A stretch of DNA of 35,536 nucleotides, taken from NCBI GenBank assembly GCA_035622255.1, contig DASPVR010000196.1, positions 1 through 35,536 on the forward strand, read 5' to 3'. A model generated the notes under the pieces. That model ran no database searches, was not told the origin of the DNA, and saw only the letters and a program-made list of their open reading frames with translations. Each line of letters begins with the position of its first letter. Position 1 is the stretch's first letter. Positions 8,611-18,184 of this stretch are shown here, in pieces. The stretch comes from Solirubrobacteraceae bacterium. Lineage in GTDB: Bacteria > Actinomycetota > Thermoleophilia > Solirubrobacterales > Solirubrobacteraceae. Made by a program: the position numbers and the translations under genes.

Positions 8611-9379
8611 ATTCGCCACAGTAGAAGGCGAAGTGAGCGCCCTGGGGATCGCGCACGACCGCGATCTTGCCGACCTGGATGTCGATCGGGTCGCTGACCT
8701 TGGCGCCGCCGAGCTCGGCGAGCTTGGCCAGCGACGCGTCGAGGTCCTCGACGCCGAAGTACACGAGCCAGTGCGGCGGCATGCCGGGTGGGGCGAGCGG
8801 TCGGATGCCGCCGTTTCCCCGCTCCGCGTTTTCGATCACCAGGTACGGTTCCGGGCTGCCCTGCAGCGGTGAGAACGTCCACCCGAACAGCCCCCCGTAG
8901 AAGGCCTGGGACTCGTCGAGGTCGGGGCTGGCGAGCTCGTTCCAGGTGAGCGTTCCCGGCGAGGCCACGAGGCTGGCGCCGATGTGCTGCCTGGGCTGCC
9001 AGACCATGAAGTAGGCGCCGTGGGGGTCTTGCAGCACCGCCATGCGCCCGGCCTCCATCACGTCGAAGGCTTCGGTGTGCGCCGTCCCGCCAAGCTCCTT
9101 CGCGCGCGCAACCGTGGCATCGGCGTCAGCGACGGTCACATAGGACTGCCACGCCGGCGGCGCGCCCGCGTCGCGCTGAGGTTGGGGTTGGGGGGCGATG
9201 GCGGCCACGCTCTTGCCGTCGATGCGCATCATCGAGTAGGAGACGCCGTCGCCGACCGGCATGTCCTCGGCCTCCCAGCCGAACAGCGCGCTGTAGAAGG
9301 CCTTGGCCGCGGGTTGGTCGGTCGTTGCAAGGTCGGCCCAGGAGAACGTTCCCGGCGCGTACTCGCTGCGCTCAGCCAT
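8600..9379 (-). CDS. Two-domain VOC/glyoxalase protein (Cfp30B-like)
   Basis: PGTFSWADL...FYSALFGW and GTLTWNEL...FYGGLFGW; DPHGA/DPQGA. Confidence 0.9.
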   Translation of the reverse strand: MAERSEYAPGTFSWADLATTDQPAAKAFYSALFGWEAEDMPVGDGVSYSMMRIDGKSVAAIAPQPQPQRDAGAPPAWQSYVTVADADATVARAKELGGTAHTEAFDVMEAGRMAVLQDPHGAYFMVWQPRQHIGASLVASPGTLTWNELASPDLDESQAFYGGLFGWTFSPLQGSPEPYLVIENAERGNGGIRPLAPPGMPPHWLVYFGVEDLDASLAKLAELGGAKVSDPIDIQVGKIAVVRDPQGAHFAFYCGEFTP

Positions 9380-9424
9380 CGACCGCGAGCCTACACCAAC
9401 TCCACCGCGCATCGCCCGTCCGCG

Positions 9425-9569
9425 CTACATGACCTCGATCGTCTCGTACACGTCGACGCTGCCGCGTCGGCGATGATCGGACAGCCCTTCGCGAGCTCGG
9501 CGGCAGCGTCGAGGCTGTCGGCGCGCAGCACCGAGTAGCCGCTCAGGCCCGACGCCCGCGGGAGCGCCG
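9425..9569 (-). pseudogene. C-terminal relic of a YciI/YCII-related protein
   Basis: GLSGYSVLRADSLDAAAELAKGCPIIAD then, after a 1-nt shift, GSVDVYETIEVM*; no N-terminus or start. Confidence 0.7.
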
Positions 9570-10041
9570 CTAGGCGCTCTTGACCGCGCCGGCGAAGTAG
9601 TCGCTCTCCAGGCTCTCGATGCAGCCGATCCAGCCCCGGCGGTGTCGCTCGGCGGACTCCTCGGACTCCAGGCCGGTGTGCTCGAGCACGACCGTCGTGT
9701 GCTCGCCGTCGCCTAGAAAGCGCACGCTCACGGTGCTCACGTGGCCGGCCAGCGGGCCGCCCTGCTCCCAGCACCAGCTGTAGACCAGGCGCTCGGGCCG
9801 GACAACCTCGCTGTACTCGCCGGCGACGGTGTAGACGGCGCCCGAATCCGTGTCTTCCATCGAGAGCCTGTAGGAGCCCCCCACGCGCAGGTCGATCTCG
9901 GCGAGCGACGTTTCGCATTGCCGGGCTCGCCCGCCACCAGCGCCTCAGGACCTCCGGGTTGGTCCACGCATTGAAGACCTGCTCGGGCGGTGCATCGAAC
10001 GTGCGCTCCAAGCGCAGGCTCGTCGTCTCGGTCGGGCTCAC
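9570..10041 (-). CDS. SRPBCC/AHSA1 family protein, frameshift near 9915
   Basis: LRLERTFDAPPEQVFNAWTNPEVLRRWW in one frame; EIDLRVGGSYRLSM...PERLVYSW...HRRGW in another. Confidence 0.85.
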
Positions 10042-10388
10042 TGTGGCTCCTTTCCAGGTCTGTTGTCGCGCTGCTCACGCAGGTACTGCTCGATCGTGTC
10101 GAGCTTTCGCTCCCACAGCTCGCGCTGTCGGTCAATCCAGGCGGACGCGTCTCGCAGGGACCCCTCGCGGATTCGCAGGCGGTGGGTTCGCCCGTCGATC
10201 ACGCGGACGATCGTGCCTGCCTCCTCGAGCACCTTCAGATGCCTGCTGATCGCGGGCTTGGAGACACCGAAGTCGCCTGTCGCGTCGCCCACGGTCAGCT
10301 CGCCGTCGCCCAGGCGTTCGAGGATCGCGCGGCGGATGGGATGCGAGCAGGCGGCGAAGGAGCGATCGAGCACGTCACTGTTAGCCAT
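10038..10388 (-). CDS. ArsR/SmtB family regulator
   Basis: LDRSFAACSHPIRRAILERL, VSKPAISRHLKVLEEAG; GTGA coupling to SRPBCC. Confidence 0.92.
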   Translation of the reverse strand: MANSDVLDRSFAACSHPIRRAILERLGDGELTVGDATGDFGVSKPAISRHLKVLEEAGTIVRVIDGRTHRLRIREGSLRDASAWIDRQRELWERKLDTIEQYLREQRDNRPGKEPQ

Positions 10389-10396
10389 CTTGTTAA
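10381..10396. promoter_or_regulatory. Probable ArsR autoregulatory operator over the start codon
   Basis: Imperfect palindrome TTAACAAGATGGCTAA (minus strand); perfect TTGTTAACAA at 10390-10399. Confidence 0.55.
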
Positions 10397-10489
10397 CAAT
10401 AGCGCGGTGTCGAGCTCCATCAATCACGGCCACGCCCGGGACCCGGGCACCCCCCGGCAGATCGATCCCGAGCGTCTATCCTCGCGCCC

Positions 10490-11503
10490 GTGCGCGAGGC
10501 GAGCAACGGCATCGAGGTCGAAGGCCTGGTGCGCGACTTCAAGGGCGGCGTGCGGGCGGTGGACGGGATCGACCTCGAGGTGGCGCCGGGCGAGATCTAC
10601 GGCTTTCTGGGACCCAACGGAGCGGGCAAGTCGACGACCGTGATGATGCTCACGACGCTGCTGCCGCCCACCGCAGGGAGGGCGCGCGTGGCCGGCCTGG
10701 ACGTCGCCCACCAGGGCGCCCAGGTCAGGCGCGCCATCGGCGCGTCGCTGCAGGAGTCGGCGCTCGACCCGTTCCTGACGGGGAGCGAGCACATGCGCCT
10801 GCAGAGCGCGCTGCACGGGATCGGCAGGGAGGAGCGTGAGCGGCGCGGGCGTGAGCTGCTGGCGCGCGTCGGTCTGAGCGAGGCGGCCGAGCGCAAGGTC
10901 GGCACCTACTCGGGCGGCATGAAGCGCCGGCTGGACCTCGGCCTGGCGCTCGTGCACCAGCCTCGCCTGCTGTTCCTGGACGAGCCCACGACCGGCCTGG
11001 ATCCCCAGAGCCGCGCCGCCCTGTGGGACGAGGTGCGCCGGCTGGCCGGCGACGGCGTGACCGTGTTCTTGACCACGCAGTACCTGGAGGAGGCCGACGC
11101 ACTGGCCGATCGCGTGGGCATCATCGATCGCGGCAAGATCGTGGCCGAGGGCACGCCGACCGAGCTCAAGGCCTCGATCGGCCGGCGCAGCGTCGAGGCT
11201 GTCCCTCACGATCCGGGCGACTGCGAGCGCCTGGCCTCGGTGCTCGCGCGCTTCGGCACCGAGGCCGCGGCGGCGCCGGGGGCGGTCGCCGTCACACTGC
11301 CCGAGGGCGCCGGGGACCTCGCCGAGATCGTGCGCGCGCTCGACGGCGAGGGCGTCCAGATCGCCGATCTGCGCCTGCACTCGCCGACGCTCGACGATGT
11401 GTTCCTCGCCAAGACCGGTCGCTCGCTGGAGGGCGCCAGCGACGACGAGCAGGAGCAGGCAAAGGACGAGCAGCGGCCCGCGGCGGAGCCGGCCGTGTCG
11501 TGA
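10490..11503 (+). CDS. ABC exporter ATP-binding protein (DrrA-like)
   Basis: GPNGAGKS, YSGGM, LFLDEPTTGLDP, LTTQYLEEAD, PTLDDVFL. Confidence 0.95.
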   Translation: MREASNGIEVEGLVRDFKGGVRAVDGIDLEVAPGEIYGFLGPNGAGKSTTVMMLTTLLPPTAGRARVAGLDVAHQGAQVRRAIGASLQESALDPFLTGSEHMRLQSALHGIGREERERRGRELLARVGLSEAAERKVGTYSGGMKRRLDLGLALVHQPRLLFLDEPTTGLDPQSRAALWDEVRRLAGDGVTVFLTTQYLEEADALADRVGIIDRGKIVAEGTPTELKASIGRRSVEAVPHDPGDCERLASVLARFGTEAAAAPGAVAVTLPEGAGDLAEIVRALDGEGVQIADLRLHSPTLDDVFLAKTGRSLEGASDDEQEQAKDEQRPAAEPAVS

Positions 11504-12279
11504 ACCGCACGCTCGCAAACCAGGTCGGCGTGCTCGCGCGGCGGTCGATGCGAAAGACGCTGCGCCAGCCCTTTCAGCTGTTTCCGATCGTCTTCTTCCC
11601 GGCGATCCTGCTGGCCGTCAACGCGAGCGGCCTCAAAGCCGCCACCCGCCTCCCCGGCTTTCCCACCCACTCTTACGTTTCATTCGCGATCGCCGTTGCG
11701 TTCGTCCAGGGAGCGCTGTTCTCGCTGATCAACACTGGCACCAACCTCGCCGAGGACATCGAGAGCGGCTTCTTCAACCGGCTCGCGCTCACCCCCATGC
11801 ACCGCATCTCGCTGATCGGCGGCCTGCTCGTCGGCGTCGCCGGGCTGGGCGCCCTGCAGTCGGGCGTCTACATCGTCATGGGGCTGGCCGCCGGGGCGCA
11901 TGTGCTCGCCGGCTTCGGCGGCGCGCTCGTTGCGATCGCGCTCGGCTCGCTGGCCGCGGTCGCTTTCGGCGCCCTGGGCTGCGCGGCCGCCCTGCGCACC
12001 GGCTCGGGCGAGGCCGTTCAGGGCCTGTTCCCGCTCTTCTTCGTGTTCATCTTCCTGTCCTCGAGCAACCTGCCGCGCAACCTGCTGAAGACCGGCTGGT
12101 TTCACACGGTCGCCACGTGGAATCCGATCTCCTACCTGATCGAGGCCTTCCGCAGCCTGTTCATCTTCGGCTGGGATCCGACGGCGCTGTGGCGCGGCTT
12201 CGTCGTCGCCGGCGGCCTGCTCGTGATCTGCCTGGTCCTGGTCTCGCTCGCGCTGCGCACGCGCCTTCAGCGCACATGA
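11500..12279 (+). CDS. ABC-2 type permease
   Basis: GTGA overlap; hydrophobic; DIESGFFNRLALTP, WNPISYLIEAFR. Confidence 0.9.
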   Translation: MNRTLANQVGVLARRSMRKTLRQPFQLFPIVFFPAILLAVNASGLKAATRLPGFPTHSYVSFAIAVAFVQGALFSLINTGTNLAEDIESGFFNRLALTPMHRISLIGGLLVGVAGLGALQSGVYIVMGLAAGAHVLAGFGGALVAIALGSLAAVAFGALGCAAALRTGSGEAVQGLFPLFFVFIFLSSSNLPRNLLKTGWFHTVATWNPISYLIEAFRSLFIFGWDPTALWRGFVVAGGLLVICLVLVSLALRTRLQRT

Positions 12280-13067
12280 GCGCGCACGCTGAGGGTGGCG
12301 GTTTGTGGACCGTGGCGATCACGATCGCCAGGCGCAACCTGCACACCTATGTGCGCCGTCCCGACCTGTTCGTGCCCTCGCTCATCTTCCCGCTCATCTT
12401 CCTCGCGAGCTTCGCCGGTGGGCTGTCGGCGCTCGGCGACGTGCCCGGGTTTCACTTCCCGGCCGGGTACACCGCCTTTCAGTTCGTGTTCGTCGTCTGC
12501 CAGACGGCGATCTTCGCGGGCCTGTTCACCGGCTTCAGCCTCGCGCTGGACTTCGAAACTGGCTTCGCGCGGCGGCTGATGCTCGCGGCGGGTGATCGGC
12601 GCGGGATCGCCCTCGGATATGCGCTCGTCGGGCTCACGCGCGCCGCGATCACGCTCACGATCGTCACGGTCGTCGCCCTCATCGGCGGTATGCACGTGAC
12701 CGGCGACGGCGTCGACGTGCTCGGGCTATGCGGGCTGGCGTCCCTGCTCGTGCTCGTCGGCTATGGCTGGGCGGCCGGCGTGGCGTTTCGCTTCCGCTCG
12801 ATCCAGGCGGGGCCGCTGATGCAGACCCCCCTGTTCCTCATCATCTTCCTCGCGCCCGTCTACGTCCCCCTGGCCCTGCTCAAGGGCTGGATCCACGAGG
12901 TCGCGAGCGTCAACCCGGCGACCGCCTTCCTCGACGCCGGGCGCGGGCTGATCGCCGGCGTGCCCGACCACACCGGGCTCGCGTACGCGTGCGCCGCGGG
13001 CTTGATCGCGCTCGCGACGATCTGGGTGCTCACGGGACTGCGCCGCGCGGAAGCCTCGCCCCAGTAG
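12276..13067 (+). CDS. ABC-2 type permease (second)
   Basis: ATGA overlap; DFETGFARRLML, VNPATAFLDAGR. Confidence 0.9.
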   Translation: MSAHAEGGGLWTVAITIARRNLHTYVRRPDLFVPSLIFPLIFLASFAGGLSALGDVPGFHFPAGYTAFQFVFVVCQTAIFAGLFTGFSLALDFETGFARRLMLAAGDRRGIALGYALVGLTRAAITLTIVTVVALIGGMHVTGDGVDVLGLCGLASLLVLVGYGWAAGVAFRFRSIQAGPLMQTPLFLIIFLAPVYVPLALLKGWIHEVASVNPATAFLDAGRGLIAGVPDHTGLAYACAAGLIALATIWVLTGLRRAEASPQ

Positions 13068-13074
13068 CGCACGC

Positions 13075-13908
13075 TCAGGGCCCGGCCCCCGCCGACGAGG
13101 AGCTCAGCTCCTGCGTGGCGGGTGCGCGCGCCGGGCGCTGCGTGCGGATGAACCAAACCAACCCGACGATCGTCAGCAGGCTCGCGACCCAGAAGTTGAC
13201 GCGCATCCCGAGGATGTGGTTGGCCGGGTCCACGCGCAGCAGCTCCTCGAAGATGCGAAAGGCCGAGTAGCCGGTGACATAGAGGGCGAACAGTCCCGGG
13301 GGGCGGATCGTGCGCCGGCTCGCCAGCCACACGAGCGCGCCCGCGAGCGCCAGGTCCCAGATCAGCTCATACAGGAACGTGGGGTGAAAGGTGGCGTATT
13401 GCAGGTAGCCAGGGGGGCGGTGCGCGGGGCTGATCTCGAGCGCCCACGGGAGCGTCGTCGGCCCGCCGAACAGCTCCTGGTTGAAGTAGTTGCCGATCCG
13501 CCCGATCGCCTGCGCGACGAGCAGCCCCGGCGCCGCCGCGTCAAGGAACACCGGCACATTCGCCCCGCGATGGCGCAGCATGAGGATACCGGCGAGCGCG
13601 CCCAGCGCGATCCCGCCCCAGATCCCGAGGCCGCCTTCCCAGACTGCGAGCCATCCCCACCAGTTGTGGGGAACCGTGTTCCAGCTCGTGATGTCGTGAT
13701 AGAGCCGGCCCCCGAGGATGCCCGCCGGGACGGCGACGAGCGCCACTTCCTGCACGAGGTCGGGGTCTCCGCCGCGAGCGCGCCACAGCCGCCGGGTGAG
13801 CAGGATCGCGGCGATGATCCCGACGACGTAGCCGAGGCCGTAGTAGTGGAAGAACAGCGGGCCGATGTAGAAACCGTTGCTCGAGGGACTCGGGATGAAC
13901 GCCGGCAC
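13075..13908 (-). CDS. lgt: Prolipoprotein diacylglyceryl transferase
   Basis: GGRLYH, WEGGLGIWGG, AQAIGRIGNYFNQELFG, HPTFLYE. Confidence 0.95.
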   Translation of the reverse strand: MPAFIPSPSSNGFYIGPLFFHYYGLGYVVGIIAAILLTRRLWRARGGDPDLVQEVALVAVPAGILGGRLYHDITSWNTVPHNWWGWLAVWEGGLGIWGGIALGALAGILMLRHRGANVPVFLDAAAPGLLVAQAIGRIGNYFNQELFGGPTTLPWALEISPAHRPPGYLQYATFHPTFLYELIWDLALAGALVWLASRRTIRPPGLFALYVTGYSAFRIFEELLRVDPANHILGMRVNFWVASLLTIVGLVWFIRTQRPARAPATQELSSSSAGAGP

Positions 13909-13997
13909 CGGCTCATTCTCCCGCAGGCACCCCGACGGGACACCCAGGCCCCTCTCTTGACGCGGATCGGTGCCGCGGCTCGGCGTGCGCTGTATGG

Positions 13998-14717
13998 TCA
14001 GGCAACTTTTGGGGCCGCCGCGACGTCGTCGGGAGCGCGCAGCAGCTCAGGTCCCTCGTGCTCGGGGTCGGGGCGGTTCAGCGCCGGGTTGGCTGCCCGG
14101 GCGGACAAGCGCTCCACCGGCAACGCACCACACAGCGCGAGCGCCTCCTCAACGTCGAGCGCGGGGTCCAGCCACGCCCGCTGGGCCTCGGGGTCGGCGA
14201 GGATCACGGGCATGCGGTCGTGCACGGCTCGTGCCACGCCGTTGGAGCGGGCGTCGCAGGTGAGCAGCGCGACGCTCGCGATCCAGCGACCCTCGATCTT
14301 GGCCGGCGTCCACAGTGAGGCGAACGCGAACGGCACGCCGCCGTCGACCTGAAAGAAGAACGGCTGGCGCGGCTGCGAGCGCCGCTCGGGCTTCAGCCAC
14401 TCGAAGTAGCCGTCGGCCAGCTGCAGGGCCCTGCGTGAGGCGTCGGGGATCAGCCGGCGGTACGCCGGGGTTCGCGCGACCGTCTCCAGGCGCGCGTTGA
14501 TCATCTTCGACGCCCCCTTGAGGTCACGTGCCCAAGGGGGGACCAGCCCCCAGCGCAGGACCCTCGCCTGCGGCTCGCCCTCGCGCGAGACGATCGCGAG
14601 CACGTCCTCGGTGGGGGCGATGTTGTAGCGGCGCGTGCCCGCGGACTCGGTGATCGGGACTTTGAAGCGATCGTTCAGTTCCTGCACCCCGGCCGTGTTC
14701 GTGTAGCGCCCGCACAT
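13998..14717 (-). CDS. SOS response-associated peptidase (SRAP/YedK/HMCES family)
   Basis: MCGRY start, RYNIAPT, RWGLVPPW, INARLET, ADGYFEW, HDRMPVIL. Confidence 0.95.
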   Translation of the reverse strand: MCGRYTNTAGVQELNDRFKVPITESAGTRRYNIAPTEDVLAIVSREGEPQARVLRWGLVPPWARDLKGASKMINARLETVARTPAYRRLIPDASRRALQLADGYFEWLKPERRSQPRQPFFFQVDGGVPFAFASLWTPAKIEGRWIASVALLTCDARSNGVARAVHDRMPVILADPEAQRAWLDPALDVEEALALCGALPVERLSARAANPALNRPDPEHEGPELLRAPDDVAAAPKVA

Positions 14718-14806
14718 CGCCCCGAGGATATGAACGCGGCGGTGTGGGGGCCGCCGCCTGCAATGTCGGCGCGCGCGGCCTGGCCACGGCGCGGCGTCGC
14801 AAGCTC

Positions 14807-16600
14807 TCAGTCGGCGGGCAAGTCGCGCGAGCGCAGGCTCGGGGCTCGCGCCTCGGGAGCCTGGACGCGGGGGTGGGCCTTGGCGAGCTTGGGACTGCCG
14901 GTGCGCTCGCGCTTTGATTCGTACATGGCACGGTCGGCCCGGGCGACGAGCGTGTCGGCATCGATCTCCGGACCGCTCGACCACACGACTCCGACGCTCA
15001 CCTGGCAGCCGATGCTGTCGCTCGCCGGCGCGACCCCCTCGCGGAGGGCGCCGGCGAGGCGCTCGGCGAGCCGCATCGCCGGCTGGGGTCCGCCGATGTC
15101 CGGGCAGACGACGAGGAACTCATCGCCGCCGATGCGCCCGACGAGATCCTCGTCGCGCAGCGCGCCGCGCAGTCGCACGGCGACCGTCCGCAGCAGCTCG
15201 TCGCCGGCGGCGTGCCCGTAGCGGTCGTTGACGCGCTTGAAGTTGTCGAGGTCGAGGAACATGACCGCGCGGTCGGCGTGGCGGCGACCGCTGCCGACGT
15301 TGGCCTCGAGCGCCCTGAGTATCGAGGCGCGGTTGTAGCAGCCGGTGAGTTCGTCGAACGTCGCGCGCTGCTTGAGCTCCTCGCGCATGCGCGCGCCGTC
15401 TGTCACGTCGGCCACGCATGCGATCGCTCCGCTGATCGTGCCGTCCTCGTGGCTCAGCGGGCGCAGGCTGATCGTGCAGAAGTGCAGCTCATCGCCGGGC
15501 GGCAGACGCAGCTTGACCTCGGTGTCGGTGTCGAGCCCGTCGTCGAGCACGCTGTCGAACGCTTGCTCGAGCGCCGCGCGGTCGGACGGCACGACCGTGG
15601 CCAGCTGCTCGTCGACAGTGGTCGCAGACTCGATCCCGAGAATCTCGCGCAGGCGCTCGTTCACGTACACGATCTGGCGGTCTGTGTCGATCTGGAACAG
15701 CCCCACCGGCACCGTCTTGGCCAGCCTGTCGAGCAGCTGCTCGCGAGCTCGCAGCTCCTCCTGGGTGGCCATCTCGTCGGAGATGTCGACCATCTCGCTG
15801 ATCACGCAGCTGTGCTCGGGGTCGTTGAGGAGGTTGTGGTTGGTGAGCTCGAACCACACCCAGCCGCCGTCCTTGGTGCGGTGGCGCAAGCGCACGCGCC
15901 GGCCGGGTCCGGGCAGGGCGAGCATCTGCATCCAGTTGTCGATCGCCAGCGGATGGTCCTCGGGATGGATGAAGTCGAGCGTGCGCCGCCCCTCTATCTC
16001 CTCGGCGCTCCAGCCGAGGATCTGCGTGATCGCCTCGTCGATGGCGACGATCGTGCTTTTCTCGTCCTTGCGCACCGTCGCAAAGCGCGGCACCGGGGCG
16101 GCCTCGACTTCCGGCGGGGGCGCCGTCGGCGAGATCACCCCGGTCGGCACGAACAGGCCGAAGATCACTCCGTGGCGCTCGCGCATGTCCAGCGTGTAGA
16201 AGACGAGCTCGGCGGGGTACTCGACCGGATGTAGCAGGCACCGCCCCGCTCCCTGCTTGCGCACGCGATCCCACATCGAGAACACCGCCTCGCGGTCCTC
16301 GCCCCCCTCCCGGCCGATCGCCCATCTGCCGCCGAGCACGGCGTGGTTTTTCAGCTTGATCGAGTCGGGCATCTCGGCAAACAGGCCCGACTCCATGAAC
16401 GCGGCGACCGCGGCATCGGGAAAGCGGTCGAGCAGCAGCGTCAGCTCGGCCTCCATCCGCTCGGCGCCCAGGTGCTGGTCGTGCTCTACGTCGAACACCT
16501 CGTCCTCGGGCCGAAGGAGGTGCTCGGGGAGGCCCGACGGCGCGTCCGCGCGCTCCTCCTCGGGTGAGCTCGCGGGTGGAAATGACTGGACGTTGGCCAT
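14807..16600 (-). CDS. PAS-PAS-GGDEF diguanylate cyclase
   Basis: PAS motifs (LDFIHPED, GWVWFE; IVYVNER), DLDNFKRVNDRYGHAAGD, RDED I-site + GGDEF; start taken at MANVQ. Confidence 0.9.
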   Translation of the reverse strand: MANVQSFPPASSPEEERADAPSGLPEHLLRPEDEVFDVEHDQHLGAERMEAELTLLLDRFPDAAVAAFMESGLFAEMPDSIKLKNHAVLGGRWAIGREGGEDREAVFSMWDRVRKQGAGRCLLHPVEYPAELVFYTLDMRERHGVIFGLFVPTGVISPTAPPPEVEAAPVPRFATVRKDEKSTIVAIDEAITQILGWSAEEIEGRRTLDFIHPEDHPLAIDNWMQMLALPGPGRRVRLRHRTKDGGWVWFELTNHNLLNDPEHSCVISEMVDISDEMATQEELRAREQLLDRLAKTVPVGLFQIDTDRQIVYVNERLREILGIESATTVDEQLATVVPSDRAALEQAFDSVLDDGLDTDTEVKLRLPPGDELHFCTISLRPLSHEDGTISGAIACVADVTDGARMREELKQRATFDELTGCYNRASILRALEANVGSGRRHADRAVMFLDLDNFKRVNDRYGHAAGDELLRTVAVRLRGALRDEDLVGRIGGDEFLVVCPDIGGPQPAMRLAERLAGALREGVAPASDSIGCQVSVGVVWSSGPEIDADTLVARADRAMYESKRERTGSPKLAKAHPRVQAPEARAPSLRSRDLPAD

Positions 16601-16800
16601 CTGGTTTTTAGACGTTTGTCCGCAACCCTGGGAAGAGCGCGATAGCGTTTTGGCTCGAGCCCATAATCGATCGGATACCCACCAAGCTGAAGCGCTGCGG
16701 CGCATCCTGGACCTACCGCGAGAGCGCCTGATCGTCGTAACTCGCGGCCACAGCGCGCGACCCCGGTGCGGTCTCGCGGCTAGAACCTTCGCGCCTGGCG

Positions 16801-18039
16801 TCAGAGCAGGTGGGCCAGGCGCCAGCCCAGCGACGCAGCGCGGAGCGACCCGCTGGCGAGCACCGGCGTCGGGCCGGCGTCGGCTATCCCGACCGTCCCC
16901 ACCCGGTCGCCCGCGCGCAGCCGTCCAGAAGGCATACCCGCGCCGGTGCGCACAGCCAGGCTGAGCCCGGACCAGCCAACCGCACGCAACGGGCCGGCGG
17001 TCACGCCGGTCACGCGCTGGCCGTCGGCCGATGCGACCGCGAGCGCGTTGGTGCCCGCCGGCAGCACGGTCGCGACACGCACCGCGGCGGCGGCCGAGTC
17101 GCCGAGTCGCGCGCCGCTGGCCAGCGCGGCTTCGACCGGCGAGCCTTCGCGCTGGCCGAGCACGACGCCCAGCACGGTCAGCCGGCGGCCGGCGACCGCG
17201 ATGCGCTTGGCGAACATCAGGCACCCGCCGGCCGCACGGTCAGAGCCGGTCTTCACGCCCACGTATCCGTCCCCGCCGAGAAGCCCGTTGTAGTTGGTCA
17301 CCGTTCCTGCGACGGGAAGCTGCGCCGTGGGCTCGGCGACGATCGCTGCAAACACGCGGTTGTGCATCGCAGCGCGCGCGAGCCTGAGCTGGTCGGCCGC
17401 GGTCGACACGGTGCTCTCGCGGTAGCCGCTGGGATCGGTGTAGGTCGTGGAGTCCATCCCGAGCATCCGCGCGGTCGCGTTCATGCGCGCGACGAAGCCC
17501 GCCACCCCGCCGGGGTCGTGCTCGGCGAGCATGATCGCGACGTTGTTGGCCGACGGCAGCAGTAGGGCCCGCAGCGCCTGCAGCTCACTGAGGCGCTCCC
17601 CGGCGCGCACGACAACCGTCGACTGCCCCAGCGCGGCGCGGCGCCGCTCTTCGGCCACGGCCCCCGGCGTGACCGTCATCTGAAACCCTTCCGTCCCCGC
17701 CGCCAGCGGGTGGGCCCTGAGCGTGAGGTAGGCGGTCATGACCTTGGCCACGCTGGCGATCGGTGCCGGCGTCTGGGCTCCAGCTGTGCCGAAGCTGCCA
17801 AGCCCCCCCACCTCGACCGCCGCCTGTCCTTCTCGCGGCCACGCGAGCGCGGGCTCGGTGCCGGGGAAGCGAACGTACGGGGCGAGCGTGCGCTGCACGA
17901 CGAGCGCCGGCGCCGGCTCGGTCGCAACGCGCCAGACGAGCGCCACGAGCAGCGCCGCCGCGAGCACGCCGCCGAGCGCCCGGAGGCGCAGGCGCCCACG
18001 TGCCAGCTGCTTGACCTCGAGCCGTTCGCTCGCCGCCAC
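16801..18039 (-). CDS. D-alanyl-D-alanine carboxypeptidase (S11)
   Basis: SVAK, SAN and KTG motifs; N-terminal TM segment. Confidence 0.9.
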   Translation of the reverse strand: MAASERLEVKQLARGRLRLRALGGVLAAALLVALVWRVATEPAPALVVQRTLAPYVRFPGTEPALAWPREGQAAVEVGGLGSFGTAGAQTPAPIASVAKVMTAYLTLRAHPLAAGTEGFQMTVTPGAVAEERRRAALGQSTVVVRAGERLSELQALRALLLPSANNVAIMLAEHDPGGVAGFVARMNATARMLGMDSTTYTDPSGYRESTVSTAADQLRLARAAMHNRVFAAIVAEPTAQLPVAGTVTNYNGLLGGDGYVGVKTGSDRAAGGCLMFAKRIAVAGRRLTVLGVVLGQREGSPVEAALASGARLGDSAAAAVRVATVLPAGTNALAVASADGQRVTGVTAGPLRAVGWSGLSLAVRTGAGMPSGRLRAGDRVGTVGIADAGPTPVLASGSLRAASLGWRLAHLL

Positions 18040-18149
18040 GGCCTGCAGACGCTAGCGGGTGCAACGGAGAGCGGAGTCACGAGCACCTCCAGGCCACGGC
18101 CGCCGGCCGACGGACGGCCAAGCAGCTCATACACCCGTCCGAGCGCACC

Positions 18150-18177
18150 TAAGGCCGGGGCTTGCGGGTGCCGATCA
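18150..18177 (+). promoter_or_regulatory. Sigma-28 (FliA/WhiG)-type promoter
   Basis: TAAG-N16-GCCGATCA, ending 7 nt before GTG 18185. Confidence 0.6.
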
Positions 18178-18184
18178 TCTTGGC

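Noticed and set aside
9391-10041. SRPBCC-YciI fusion or programmed frameshift
   Set aside because: Explained by a single indel plus a truncated neighbouring gene; no slippery sequence seen
16601-17224. N-terminal extension making an 805-aa cyclase
   Set aside because: It overlaps the carboxypeptidase in another frame and has non-protein-like composition
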